Source: Armatimonadota bacterium (GTDB taxonomy: Bacteria > Armatimonadota > Zipacnadia > Zipacnadales > UBA5352). Taken from it: 41,827 bases of DNA. The translations under genes and the position numbers were made by a program. This document shows, one piece after another, positions 28,683 to 38,400 of the stretch. The DNA lies in NCBI GenBank assembly GCA_034722055.1, contig JAYENL010000091.1, forward strand, positions 1 to 41,827, read 5' to 3'. Numbering within the stretch: position 1 is the stretch's first letter; each line of letters begins with the position of its first letter. Under the pieces are notes generated by a model, which was not told the origin of the DNA, made no database searches, and saw nothing but the letters and a program-made list of their open reading frames with translations.

Positions 28683-30064
28683 GCCTCCTCCTCCCCCTCC
28701 GCGCCCGTCTCATCTGCCGGCGCCTCGCCCTCCGGCCCGTGCGGCTTGAAGCCCCGCAGGCCGCCCTCGCTCTCCTGCTCCCAGCGCTGCAGCTCGGCGA
28801 TCTCCCCCAGCGTCCGCCCGGCCTCGATCTCACCCTTCTCCCGGCTCTCTCGCTCCAGCACCGACATGGCCCGGTTGGCCACGGCCACGGCCTGCTCCCG
28901 CGGCACGACCACCACGCCGTCATCGTCGGCGATCACCCAGTCCCCAGTGCGGATGATGGTCTCGCCGATCTTCAGCGGCACGCCGATCATCCCCATGCCC
29001 TTCGGCTCGCCCGCCGCCGGCGCCCTCAGCGCGCAGAATGCCGGGAAGTCGAGCTCGCAGATGTCGCCGGTGTCCCGCATGGCGCCGTTGATCACCACCC
29101 CGCCGAGCCCGCGCGACATGCAGCTTCGCGTGGCCTCATCGCCCCACACCGCCGGCCCCTCGCCCCGGACGTCGATGAACAGCACTGCGCCCTCCTCGGC
29201 CTCGTCGATGGCCTCCACCGGCTTCGCCCAGTCGCCGGGGTAGGCCCACACGGTCAGCGCCGGGCCCACGGCCTTCAGGCCGGGCTTCACCGCATGGATG
29301 CCCGGTACCCAGCCCTTCCGGTGCATAGCGTCGGAGATGTTGGCGGCGGTGCAGCGGCTGAAGATCCCGCGCAGCTCCTCGGTCCCCCCGCGCTTGAACA
29401 GCTCGGTCTCCACGGCCTCCCCCGACCGCATGGCCTCCACGATGGTGCGTGCCGCTGCCGTCGCATCCGGGGCCTTGATGATTGCCCCGCCCACGATCAC
29501 GATGCCGGCGCCGGCCCTCACCACCTCCGGCGCGGTCTCGGAGTTGATGCCCCCGGCCACGGCCACCTGGCAGTCCACCGCCTCTGCCACGGCCTGCAGC
29601 GTCTCCATGGGGCCGGCACCCACCATCTGCTCGTCGATGGCGGTGTGAACCCCGATGATGCCCGCGCCCAGCTCCTCCGCCTGCCGCGCCCGCTCCACCG
29701 GCCCGGGGCAGCCGATGAGGTCCACCTGCACGATGGCGTCGTAGTTCCGCCCGGCCTCCACGCACTCCCCGATGGTCTCGTCCGAGGCGGCGCCCAGCAC
29801 CGTCACCACATCGGCCCCGGCCTTGGCCGCCATCTCCACCTCCACCCGGCCGGCATCCATGATCTTCAGGTCCGCCACCACCGTGCGCCCCGGGAACTCC
29901 GAGCGCAGCGCCCGCACGGCCTCCATCCCCTCGCTCTTGATCAGCGGCGTGCCGGCCTCCACCCACTCCGCGCCGCCCTCCACCGCCTCCCGCGCCGCGC
30001 GCAGAGCCTGCGCCAGGTTCATGAAGTCCAGCGCCACCTGCAGGATCGGGCCGTCCGATGCCAT
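28679..30064 (-). CDS. 3-hexulose-6-phosphate synthase fused to an RraA/HMG-aldolase-like domain
   Basis: HPS motifs 'LQVALD', 'EAGTPLIKSEG', 'ADLKIMDAG', 'HTAIDEQ' and 'VAGGIN'. RraA motifs 'ANISDAM', 'AVWGD', 'GAMRD' and 'GDWVIADDDGVVVVP'. Confidence 0.9.
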   Translation of the reverse strand: MASDGPILQVALDFMNLAQALRAAREAVEGGAEWVEAGTPLIKSEGMEAVRALRSEFPGRTVVADLKIMDAGRVEVEMAAKAGADVVTVLGAASDETIGECVEAGRNYDAIVQVDLIGCPGPVERARQAEELGAGIIGVHTAIDEQMVGAGPMETLQAVAEAVDCQVAVAGGINSETAPEVVRAGAGIVIVGGAIIKAPDATAAARTIVEAMRSGEAVETELFKRGGTEELRGIFSRCTAANISDAMHRKGWVPGIHAVKPGLKAVGPALTVWAYPGDWAKPVEAIDEAEEGAVLFIDVRGEGPAVWGDEATRSCMSRGLGGVVINGAMRDTGDICELDFPAFCALRAPAAGEPKGMGMIGVPLKIGETIIRTGDWVIADDDGVVVVPREQAVAVANRAMSVLERESREKGEIEAGRTLGEIAELQRWEQESEGGLRGFKPHGPEGEAPADETGAEGEEEA

Positions 30065-30076
30065 CCGCCTCACCCC

Positions 30077-31216
30077 TCAGATGCTGGTCACGTCCGCCAT
30101 GTAGACGTTGCCCGCCCCACCGCGATCGGAGCTGAACAGCGCCCACCGGTCGTCGGGACTGAAGATCGGGTGCGGATGCGAGATCTGCCGCTCCCAGGAG
30201 GTGTCATGGCGGCACAGGCGTGTCACCACGCCCCGCCCGTTGCGGTGCTCAATGAGGGACATGAACGCTCGCCCCTCGGGGTCGTCCGGTGAGCGGTAGC
30301 CGCAGTCACCCACCACCAGCGTGTTGTCGGAGTTGGACTGGATGTGCCCCGGGCGCGGGCCGGGCAGCAGGAACTGACGCAGCCAGGTGCCGTCAGGTCG
30401 TACGAAGCAGTTGAAGGCCAGCGCCTCATCTGAGCTGGTCACGTTGCACTGGAAGCCCACGTCGCCGTCGCGCGTGAAGTACTCGTGGCAACAGGCCTCG
30501 CCGTGGTGCTGCCGGAACAGCGGGCGCGCCCGTCGCCCCCGCTGCTCGCCGGCGTCCACCGTCCACATCCGCTGTGAGACGTGCCAGCCGCCCTCGTGGC
30601 AGAACAGGATCAGGTCCGGGTCCGTGGGGTGTATGACCACGTGGCTGATCCAGTTCCGCTCCCCCCACACCGCCATGGCCTCGCCGCTTCGCGTCTGCAC
30701 CCGCATTACCACGCAGGAGGGATGCTGGTAGTAGCGCTCCGCCATCGTGGAGTAGATCACGCCCGTCTCCGTGCTCAGCGCCGCCTGCTCCACGTAGGCG
30801 AAGGCCACGTGGTCCCCGTCCGCAGTACAGGTGGGCAGCGCCGGTCGGAAGCCCTCCGGCACCTGGTAGAGGTCCTCGCTCTCCAGCGTGGAGAGATCCG
30901 TGACCTGGAGGGTGCGGCCGTCGAAGTGGAACAGGCGCCCGGCCGGGTCCAGGCAGGCCTGCGAGAAGCCTCGCCCGCCGGCCTCGGTGACCTGCACCAT
31001 CTGCCCGCGAGGGATCTCCAGCAGGAAGTACGCCCGCCCTCCGGCGCGGTCTGAGCTGATTATGACCCGCTCGGCGTCCTCGCCCACGAAGGACGTGGAG
31101 GTGAAGTAGAGGTGCGCGTTATCCGACCCGTCCCCCGTCAGCCTGCGCACCAGCGCTCCGGTGTCCGGGTCACGGTACTCCTCCATCTGCGCCTCGTGCA
31201 CGTCACCGACCGCCAT
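30077..31216 (-). CDS. Oligogalacturonate lyase family beta-propeller protein
   Basis: Motifs 'DPDTGALVRRLT', 'HLYFT', 'FCHEG', 'QRMW', 'HEYF' and 'HPHPIFSPD....FSSDR.G..NVY'. Start is 31216 or 31222. Confidence 0.85.
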   Translation of the reverse strand: MAVGDVHEAQMEEYRDPDTGALVRRLTGDGSDNAHLYFTSTSFVGEDAERVIISSDRAGGRAYFLLEIPRGQMVQVTEAGGRGFSQACLDPAGRLFHFDGRTLQVTDLSTLESEDLYQVPEGFRPALPTCTADGDHVAFAYVEQAALSTETGVIYSTMAERYYQHPSCVVMRVQTRSGEAMAVWGERNWISHVVIHPTDPDLILFCHEGGWHVSQRMWTVDAGEQRGRRARPLFRQHHGEACCHEYFTRDGDVGFQCNVTSSDEALAFNCFVRPDGTWLRQFLLPGPRPGHIQSNSDNTLVVGDCGYRSPDDPEGRAFMSLIEHRNGRGVVTRLCRHDTSWERQISHPHPIFSPDDRWALFSSDRGGAGNVYMADVTSI

Positions 31217-31823
31217 CCGCATCAGCTCCCCTCTCGCGCACGTCGATCACCTCGTCCTCGGTCACGATGATGGGCACGGGCACGTCCCACGCCTCGCTGG
31301 GCACCTCGTCCACAATCTGAGTCGAGAAGGCCACGGCCACCGCGGCCCCGGTCTCCACCAGATCGCCGCGGATGTTCAGGATGTAGTCGTAGAAGCCGCC
31401 GCCGTACCCCAGCCGACCGCCCTGCCGATCGAACACCAGGCCGGGCACCAGCACGAAGTCGATCTCATACACCGAGCGCTCCGGGCAGCTCTCCAGGGGC
31501 TCGGGCAGCCCGAAGCGCCCCTCGGCCACCTCGGCCTCCAGGTCCTGAACCTCGTGCAGCGCCAGCCCCTCCTCCCATCCCACTACCCGCGGGAGGATCA
31601 GACCAGCACCGGAGCGCAGCGTTTCGCGCATGAGCGCGCCGGTGCGCACCTCGCTCTCGTAGCTGGCGAACAGCAGCCGCGTCCGCGCCTGCCGATAGCT
31701 CCCCAGACGCATCACCCGGCGGACAATGGCGGTGCTGCGTTCCTCGATCTCATCGGCAGGCATGCTGTCACGCCTGGCGCGCACCTCCTGGCGGAGCGCG
31801 CTTTTCCGCTCCGCCGCCCTCAC
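31203..31823 (-). CDS. 5-formyltetrahydrofolate cyclo-ligase
   Basis: Motifs 'KSALRQ', 'SEVRT', 'LPRV', 'FGLPEP' and 'VPGLVFDRQGGRLGYGGGFYD'. GTGA overlap with folP. Confidence 0.95.
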   Translation of the reverse strand: MRAAERKSALRQEVRARRDSMPADEIEERSTAIVRRVMRLGSYRQARTRLLFASYESEVRTGALMRETLRSGAGLILPRVVGWEEGLALHEVQDLEAEVAEGRFGLPEPLESCPERSVYEIDFVLVPGLVFDRQGGRLGYGGGFYDYILNIRGDLVETGAAVAVAFSTQIVDEVPSEAWDVPVPIIVTEDEVIDVRERGADADGGR

Positions 31824-33034
31824 TCGCCAGCCCACCCTCGCATGATGGCGTCGCTCATGGCAGCGACCTGGGCCATCTCCGCCACATCGTGGACCCGGAT
31901 GATGTCCGCCCCGTTGGCGATGGCGATGGCGCACGTGGCCGCGGTGCCCATCAGCCGCTCCTCGGCCGGCAGGTCGAGGACCTTGCCGATGGTTGACTTG
32001 CGCGACGTCCCGATCAGCACGCCCAGCCCCAGGCTGCGCAGCTCGCGCAGCCTCCGCAGCATCTCCAGATTGTGTCCGACGGTCTTGCCGAACCCGAAGC
32101 CGGGATCCACCACGAGCTGGCTGCGGCGCACTCCCGCTTCCACCGCGGCCTCCGCGCGCGCGGCCAGGAAGTCGTAGATCTCCGTCATGAGGTCGTCGTA
32201 GTGAGGGTTCTCCTGCATGTTCCGGGGCTCGCCCTGCATGTGCATGATGCAGGCCGCAGCGCCAGTGTCGGCGACCGCCTCCGCCATGCCGTCCGCCCGC
32301 AGCCCGAAGACGTCATTGATCATGCCAGCCCCCGCAGCCACCGCCAGCCGCGCCACCTCCGGCTTGCTCGTGTCGATCGACACCACACAATCAAAGCGCT
32401 CCGCCAGCGCCTCCACCACCGGCAGCACGCGCTCCAGCTCCTCCTCCACTGACACCGGCTCGGCGCCGGGGCGGGTGGACTCCCCGCCCACGTCCAGGAT
32501 GTCGGCGCCGGCCTCAACGAAGCCCTCAGCCTGCCGCATGGTCGCCTCCGCGTCCCCGCCCAGGCCGTCACCGGAGAAGGAGTCCGGCGTCACGTTCAGG
32601 ATGCCCATCACTACCGTTCGGCGCCTGAGCGGCAGCGTCCGCTTCCCGCACTGCAGCGGCTGAAGCTCCTCGGCGTCGAAGCCCCGAACGGCCGCGAGCA
32701 CCTCCTGGCCCACCTCAGAGAGCCCGAAGGGCTGCTGCCGCAGACGCTCGGCCAGCCGCTCGTAGGTCCCGGCGTCGCCGAGCAGCACCACCGGTCTGGG
32801 GTCGGCCTCGAAGCGGGCCACACCCCGGTGCACCGCGCAGTCCCCGCCGAGGGCCAGCATCTCCTGCTTCAGCAGCGCAGCGGCGGGCCCAGCCACGCCC
32901 TCAAGCCTGACCGGCCGGAATCGGCCCCGGTCCGCCAGCCACTCCGTGGCGGCGGCGTCAACGCCGATGGCCTGCATCTCGTGGTGAAGCGACGACGCGC
33001 TGCGGAGGTCGAGCACGCGCGGGCGGTGATCCAT
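31820..33034 (-). CDS. folP: Dihydropteroate synthase with N-terminal extension
   Basis: Motifs 'MGILNVTPDSFS', 'DVGGESTRPG', 'SIDTSK', 'DPGFGFGK', 'GTSRKS' and 'IRVHDV'. About 130 extra N-terminal residues ('LKQEMLALGGD'). Confidence 0.96.
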   Translation of the reverse strand: MDHRPRVLDLRSASSLHHEMQAIGVDAAATEWLADRGRFRPVRLEGVAGPAAALLKQEMLALGGDCAVHRGVARFEADPRPVVLLGDAGTYERLAERLRQQPFGLSEVGQEVLAAVRGFDAEELQPLQCGKRTLPLRRRTVVMGILNVTPDSFSGDGLGGDAEATMRQAEGFVEAGADILDVGGESTRPGAEPVSVEEELERVLPVVEALAERFDCVVSIDTSKPEVARLAVAAGAGMINDVFGLRADGMAEAVADTGAAACIMHMQGEPRNMQENPHYDDLMTEIYDFLAARAEAAVEAGVRRSQLVVDPGFGFGKTVGHNLEMLRRLRELRSLGLGVLIGTSRKSTIGKVLDLPAEERLMGTAATCAIAIANGADIIRVHDVAEMAQVAAMSDAIMRGWAGE

Positions 33035-33095
33035 GGGGCCCTCCCATCCCCCGAAGTTGCCTCACTGCGGCTCCGATGGTGGCGTTTCCGCGGGC

Positions 33096-33124
33096 ATTAT
33101 ACCGCCTCCCAAACCGCCGCGCAA
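33096..33124 (-). promoter_or_regulatory. Putative sigma70 promoter for the folP operon
   Basis: TTGCGC-N17-TATAAT on the minus strand, about 60 bp upstream of the folP ATG. Confidence 0.65.
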
Positions 33125-33209
33125 CCGCCCCGAAGATGGGCGGGTGCGGCCTGAGATTGCCGGTTCCAGGCGGGGCGCCCGGAGGCGCCGGCCGTGTGTC
33201 GTTCTGTTT

Positions 33210-33235
33210 GGAGGGGCGCGCCTCCGTTCGCGCCC
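33210..33235 (+). repeat. GGAG-headed REP-like palindrome
   Basis: GGAG-GGGCGCG-CCTCCGTT-CGCGCCC. Confidence 0.45.
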
Positions 33236-33267
33236 GGCCGTTGTCGTTCGGCCTACACCCACGGCAA

Positions 33268-33383
33268 ACGGCGCCCGGACAGGAGTGCCCGGAGGCTCGC
33301 AAGCGAGCCAGTTGCGGAGTTCGCGAGACCGCAAGCGATCTGCCTGAGATGCTCCGCATCTCCAGAGGTCCGGGCCACGGAAC
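33268..33383 (+). repeat. Structured dispersed repeat, copy 2
   Basis: ACGGCGCCCGGACAGGAGTGCCCGGAGGCTCGCAAGCGAGCCAGTTGCGGAGTTC...GTCCGGGCCACGGAAC, homologous to the reverse complement of 10560-10660. Confidence 0.85.
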
Positions 33384-33682
33384 ACAGAGACGGCGGGTGC
33401 CAATACTTACCTGGGTTGCGGGCGGGGCTCTGGCTGCGGGGACAGGCGCCCACGCGCCTCCGGGTGCCCTCGGCCGCGCGTTCCGCCGACACCACGAGTT
33501 CACACCCAGGGGCGACGAAGCGCAAGCGCCGCTGCACGCGGGAGCGGCCGACAAGAGGAGCAGTGGCAATCGGCCGGGGTCCGGGCGATCGAGGAGGAGC
33601 GGAACGGCCTGACCAGCGGCCTTCAGGTCACCCTTACGGGTAACAGGCGGGGCCGTAGACACGGCACGTGCGACACTGCCCG

Positions 33683-34840
33683 CTACTCCAGGCAGTAGAG
33701 GTGCCCGTCGTTCGCCCCCACGTAGACCCGCCCGTCACTGAACGCCGGCGAGGAGTACACCTTGGTGGCCAGCGGCACGAGGTCCACGGGCCGGCCATTC
33801 TCGGTGCTCAGCAGATGCAGGCGCCCGTCGTGGGCCCCAAAGCACAACGTATCGCCCAGCACCGCCGGCGCCGAGTCCACCAGTCCCGAGACCTGCTGAT
33901 CAAACACCACCCGACCGTCCGCCAGACTCAGGCCTCTGAGCACCGCCTTCGGCCTGTAGCCCTCGCTGGTGATCACGAAGACCCGATCGCCGAAGATGAC
34001 CGGCGCCGCCAGCACCGAGAACGCCTCGTGCAGCTTCCACAGCCTCTCCCCCGTCTCCGGGTTCACCGCCACCAGGAAGTCCAGCCTTGGGGGCACCAGC
34101 GCGCTGTGCGCCATCACTCCGAAGACCGCCACGTTCTCCCCCACCACGGGAGCCGCGATCACCCGGCCGGCACCCTCGATCTCCCACACTGCGCTGCCGT
34201 CCTGAAGGGAGACCGCCCGCATCGTTCCTTCGTCGTCCCCATACAGCACCAGCTCGCCGGCCACAGCGGGCGAGCATTGAATCCCGGCGTGCTGCTCGCT
34301 CTCCCACTGCTGCTCCCCGTCCGACAGCCGGCAGGCGTACAGACGACCGTCCATGCTCCCCACGATCACGGTTCCGTCCACGACCGCCGGCGAGCTGATG
34401 ACCGGCCCGTAGGTGCGGTACCGCCAGACCGGCTCGCCCGTGGCGGCATCAAGCGCGTACAGGAAGCGATCCACCGATCCGAAGACGACCAGCCCGTCCG
34501 CGACCGCCGGCGATGAGACGACCGCCCCGTTCGTCTCGAAGCGCCACAGCTCGGAGCCATCCGCAGCGCTGAGGGCGTACATGCGGCCCAGCGAGTTGCC
34601 CACGTAGACCACGCCGCCGGCGACCGCGGGCGAGCTGTCCACGCTGCCGCCAAGCTCCGCCGACCACGCCACCTGAAGGTCCCCAACGCTGGCCTCCGGA
34701 GCCAGTCCGGTGCGCGCGGCATCGCGCCGGAACATCGGCCACTCGCCAGAGGCCGGTACCACGGCCAGCAGCCACAGGGCCAGGCAGCCCCACGTGGCTC
34801 GCGGCACGAGCTGTCGGCGGGTGAGGCTGCGATCACTCAT
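33683..34840 (-). CDS. PQQ-binding-like beta-propeller repeat protein (BamB-like), exported
   Basis: Signal peptide, then 'WPMFRRDAARTG' and about 8 repeats of 'SSPAV..G.V..GS.DG.LYAL...G...W'. Confidence 0.9.
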   Translation of the reverse strand: MSDRSLTRRQLVPRATWGCLALWLLAVVPASGEWPMFRRDAARTGLAPEASVGDLQVAWSAELGGSVDSSPAVAGGVVYVGNSLGRMYALSAADGSELWRFETNGAVVSSPAVADGLVVFGSVDRFLYALDAATGEPVWRYRTYGPVISSPAVVDGTVIVGSMDGRLYACRLSDGEQQWESEQHAGIQCSPAVAGELVLYGDDEGTMRAVSLQDGSAVWEIEGAGRVIAAPVVGENVAVFGVMAHSALVPPRLDFLVAVNPETGERLWKLHEAFSVLAAPVIFGDRVFVITSEGYRPKAVLRGLSLADGRVVFDQQVSGLVDSAPAVLGDTLCFGAHDGRLHLLSTENGRPVDLVPLATKVYSSPAFSDGRVYVGANDGHLYCLE

Positions 34841-34859
34841 GGCCGATCCCCTCAGTGAA

Positions 34860-34890
34860 GCAGCGCCGCCGCACGTCGCGGCGGCGCTGC
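34860..34890. other. Perfect 13-bp hairpin between the lipoprotein and beta-propeller genes
   Basis: GCAGCGCCGCCGC-ACGTC-GCGGCGGCGCTGC, with no clear U tract. Confidence 0.55.
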
Positions 34891-34928
34891 GTGATCGCTC
34901 CATCCCGGCGCGAGCTGAGCTCCCGCCA

Positions 34929-35336
34929 TCAGCTCGGCGGGTTGGGCGGGTAGTCCACGGCGTCGATCATCTGGATCGGGCTGGAGAGCTGGTTGGTCTG
35001 CCCGCCGGTGACGGTGACAGTCAGATCCACCCCGGGCGGCAGCGTCAGCCCCCGCTCGGGCGCCGCCGACACCTGGAGGGTCTGCTGGCCGGCCGGCACG
35101 CCCCGAAGCGTGAACTTCCCGTCGGCTCCGGTACTGGTGGAGGCGCCATCGGCGCGTACCGTAATCTCCCCCAGCGGCTGCAGGGTTGCTGCGTGAACGA
35201 CGGTGCCGGAGACGGTGCCGGTGCCAGCGCCGCCGTTTTCGCCCCCGCCGCCGCACCCAACTGTAACTGTCAGCATCGCGCCGGCGACGATCATCACGAA
35301 GGCTGTCAGTCCGGCACATCGCCTGATGCTCATCAT
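34929..35336 (-). CDS. Lipoprotein with carboxypeptidase-regulatory-like domain
   Basis: Lipobox 'VTVGC' followed by a Gly-rich linker, then 'GTVSGTV...PL', 'TGADGKFTLRGVPAG'. Confidence 0.8.
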   Translation of the reverse strand: MMSIRRCAGLTAFVMIVAGAMLTVTVGCGGGGENGGAGTGTVSGTVVHAATLQPLGEITVRADGASTSTGADGKFTLRGVPAGQQTLQVSAAPERGLTLPPGVDLTVTVTGGQTNQLSSPIQMIDAVDYPPNPPS

Positions 35337-35401
35337 GCCTCTGTCACCTCTTCAGTCATGCGCTCCCGTATGCTCGCCTGTCAGCTCACGCCGCTGCGAC
35401 G

Positions 35402-38400
35402 TCAGCGCGTTACCTGGGCCGACTGCAGGGCCTGCACGTACTGGCCGTTCTCCGCCACGGCCTCGATCTTGATCAGGTAGGTCCCGTTCGGCACCACGGT
35501 GCCCTCGGCGCTGCGCAGATCCCACACCTGCTCGTTGCGCCCGGCGCTGGCCGCTCGGCTCTCCACCATCTGTCGCACCTTCCGGCCAGCGATGTTCAGC
35601 ACCTCGATGCTCACGTTGCACGCCGCGCTGACGTCATAGGTCACCACGACCCCGGCACTCCCGCACTCCGCGGATGCGCTCCGGATCACCAGGTTCTCCG
35701 CCCCACGCGGCGCGACCTCCAACTCGAAGTGACGCAGCGCGCCCTCCGGCCCGGCGGTGAAGACGTAGCTGGGCAGCGTCCGGGCATACATCCGCTGCCC
35801 GCTGTCCCTGTCTGTCAGGTAGACTGCCAGGTCATTGGGCACCGCGCTGAGGTCGGGCAGCAGCAGCTCGACCTCCGCATCGGGCACGTCGGTCTCAACC
35901 GCGAACGTCCAGACCGTCTTCTCCGACGCCGCCTGCGGTCGGATGTCATGCGCCAGCCGCTCGCCGTCCTCAGTCACCAGATAGACATCGACGGTGCCGG
36001 GCAGCATCGGCGGATTCGCCACCCGATAGCCAACGCTCGCGGCGCCGCTCCCCACACCCGCCACTGTGGTCAGGTCGGCCTGGCCGGCCGCCCGCGCCAC
36101 GATGGGCAGCAGCCAGCCGTCCTCCGAGACCTCCGTGCTGGCGGCCTGACCCTCCACCAGCGAGGCGCTGGACACGCCCGTCGGCGCGGCGATGTTGAGC
36201 GTGCCCGCGGCGCCGGTGGCCTTGAACCACGCGGACTCCCAGGCCTCGATGTAGTTGCGGGCGGAGTTGATGGCCGGATCGCGGGAGATCATCTTGTAGC
36301 TGCCCGCCTCGCGGTCGTAGATGAAGGCGAACGGCCTGATCTCCGTGCTCCCCGCCGCCGTGATATTGGCCAGCGGCAGCGCGGTCTCATACATGTTCCC
36401 GATCATGTTCCAGCCGGTGGAGACGCCCACGCTGAAGGTGCCGGTGCCGTCCACCGGATCGCCGGGAACCACCACGTCGGTGCCTGACGGCAAGTTGACG
36501 AAGAAGCCGGCGCCCGGCCGCACCCGCAGCTCAAGGTGGTCGGGATCCTCCGTGCCGCTGATGTAGTGCGGCGGCACCGCCGCGGCATCCCACCGCGCGA
36601 CCGCGTCCGTGCCGAAGATGTCCACGGCCCGATCGCGGCCCGACGGCGGCTGCGCCGGCACTGCCACCATGCTCAGGCCCGCCCGGAAGCGGTGCGTGAA
36701 CTCGGTGTAGGCCGTGAAGTCGTTGCCCGACGAGTCCGGCGGCACCGTGACCTCCAGACTCTCCGGATCGAAGGCCAGACCGGCCTTGCTCGGCGTCACG
36801 GTCACCGTGGATGCGGCCACGCCGCTGAGCGTGTAGCGCCCGGCGTCCGTGGTGACCGCAGTCCGGGTCCCGTCGCTGACCGTGACGCCCGCGATGCGGT
36901 GGCCGCGACTGTCGGAGATGACGCCCGAGATGGTGTAGGTCACCGGGGAGGCGCTGAAGTCGATACCCGTCACGTCCGCGCCCTCCACGGAGACGGTTCG
37001 GCTCCGCGGCGTGTAGATGAAGTCCTCGAACCCGTCACCGTTGTCGTCGCGCGACGGCGCCAGCGTGTAAACGTCGCTGGGCACGTCCTCGATGGTGTAG
37101 TATCCGTCTGCGTCGGTGGTGGCGGAGACGCCGTCCGCGCTGATGACGACGTTCTCGATGCCCTCACCGTCGTCCGCCACCCGGCCGCTGATGGTGTAGG
37201 TCCGCAGCGTGCCTACGAAGTCGATGTTCTTCGCGGTCGGCCCCAGCGTCACTTCCTGCGACGCCGGCTCGAAGTCGTACTCCGGCAGCGACGGGGTGAC
37301 CGTGTAGGTGCCGGCCACCAGGCCCTGGATGCGATACATGCCATTGCCGTCGGTGCCCACGGTGGTGCCGTCCGCCGTCACCTCAACGCCGGGCAGCGGA
37401 TCGCCGTCGGCGTCGGTGATGGTGCCGCGCACCTCATAAGTGGGCTGCGGCTCGGTCGTGAAGCTCCACTCGTCCGTTCCGGTGTTGCCCACCGTGTCGG
37501 AGGCCTCGACGTGGATGGTGTACTCGGTCTCCCAATCCAGGTCCTCGGCCGGCTCGTAGGTCGCCACGACCTCCGCCGGCCCGCCGTTGGCGGCCGTCGT
37601 CACGCCCGTGTCGAGCTCGTCGCTGACGTCCTCACCGTTGACCGTCATGGTGATGCTGGCGGGGTCAACACCCGAGGCGCTGTCTCGCACCCGCACCGAG
37701 ATGGAGGTGGCCACGGGCACATTCGTCATCCCGTCGGCCGGGTTGCGCTGATCGAAGGTCGGCGCCGCATTGTCCTCCGGGGTGTCCTCGCTCCACGTCT
37801 CCGTGGGCATCGCATTCCCGGCGTTGTCCGACACATCGACCGTGAACTCCACCTGCGTGCTGTAGGGCCACCCGCCGGGGGCGGTGTAGCTTACCACCAC
37901 ATCCAGCGGATCCGAGTCGTCGATGGTCGTGTCCGCAGTCACGTCCGTGCCATCCACCTGCAACACCAGGCTCGCGGTGTCGATGCCCGAGATGTCGTCA
38001 GTCAGGTGGAAGGAGATGCTGCCGTCCTCCGCACTGTAGTTCTTGCTGGTGAGCTGCGGAGGCGTCGTATCCTCCGTGGTGGAGAAGACATAGGTCTCGT
38101 CCATGCCGTTGCCGGCGTTGTCCTCAGCCAGCACCCGCACCTGCACCACGGCGTTCCAGTCGAACGGGGAGGGCGGATCGTAGCTCACCGAGAAGCCGTC
38201 CGTGACCGCCGTCTTGGTGATGTCGGTCGTGACGTCGGTATCATCCACGTAGACCTCGATCGACCCCTCCACCACCCCGGTCGCCTCGTCGATCACCTCG
38301 AAGTAGATGTCCGCGTTGCGGTCAACCGAGGTGGCACCCTCCGCCGGATCCTGGTTGGCCAGGTGCGGCGGCGCCGTGTCGCTAATCGAATCCGACTTGG

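Noticed and set aside
31824..33682. 6S RNA (often upstream of 5-FCL) or a THF riboswitch ahead of folP
   Set aside because: 5-FCL is directly coupled to folP, and I could not recognise either consensus in the upstream spacer. A covariance search is needed to exclude them fully.
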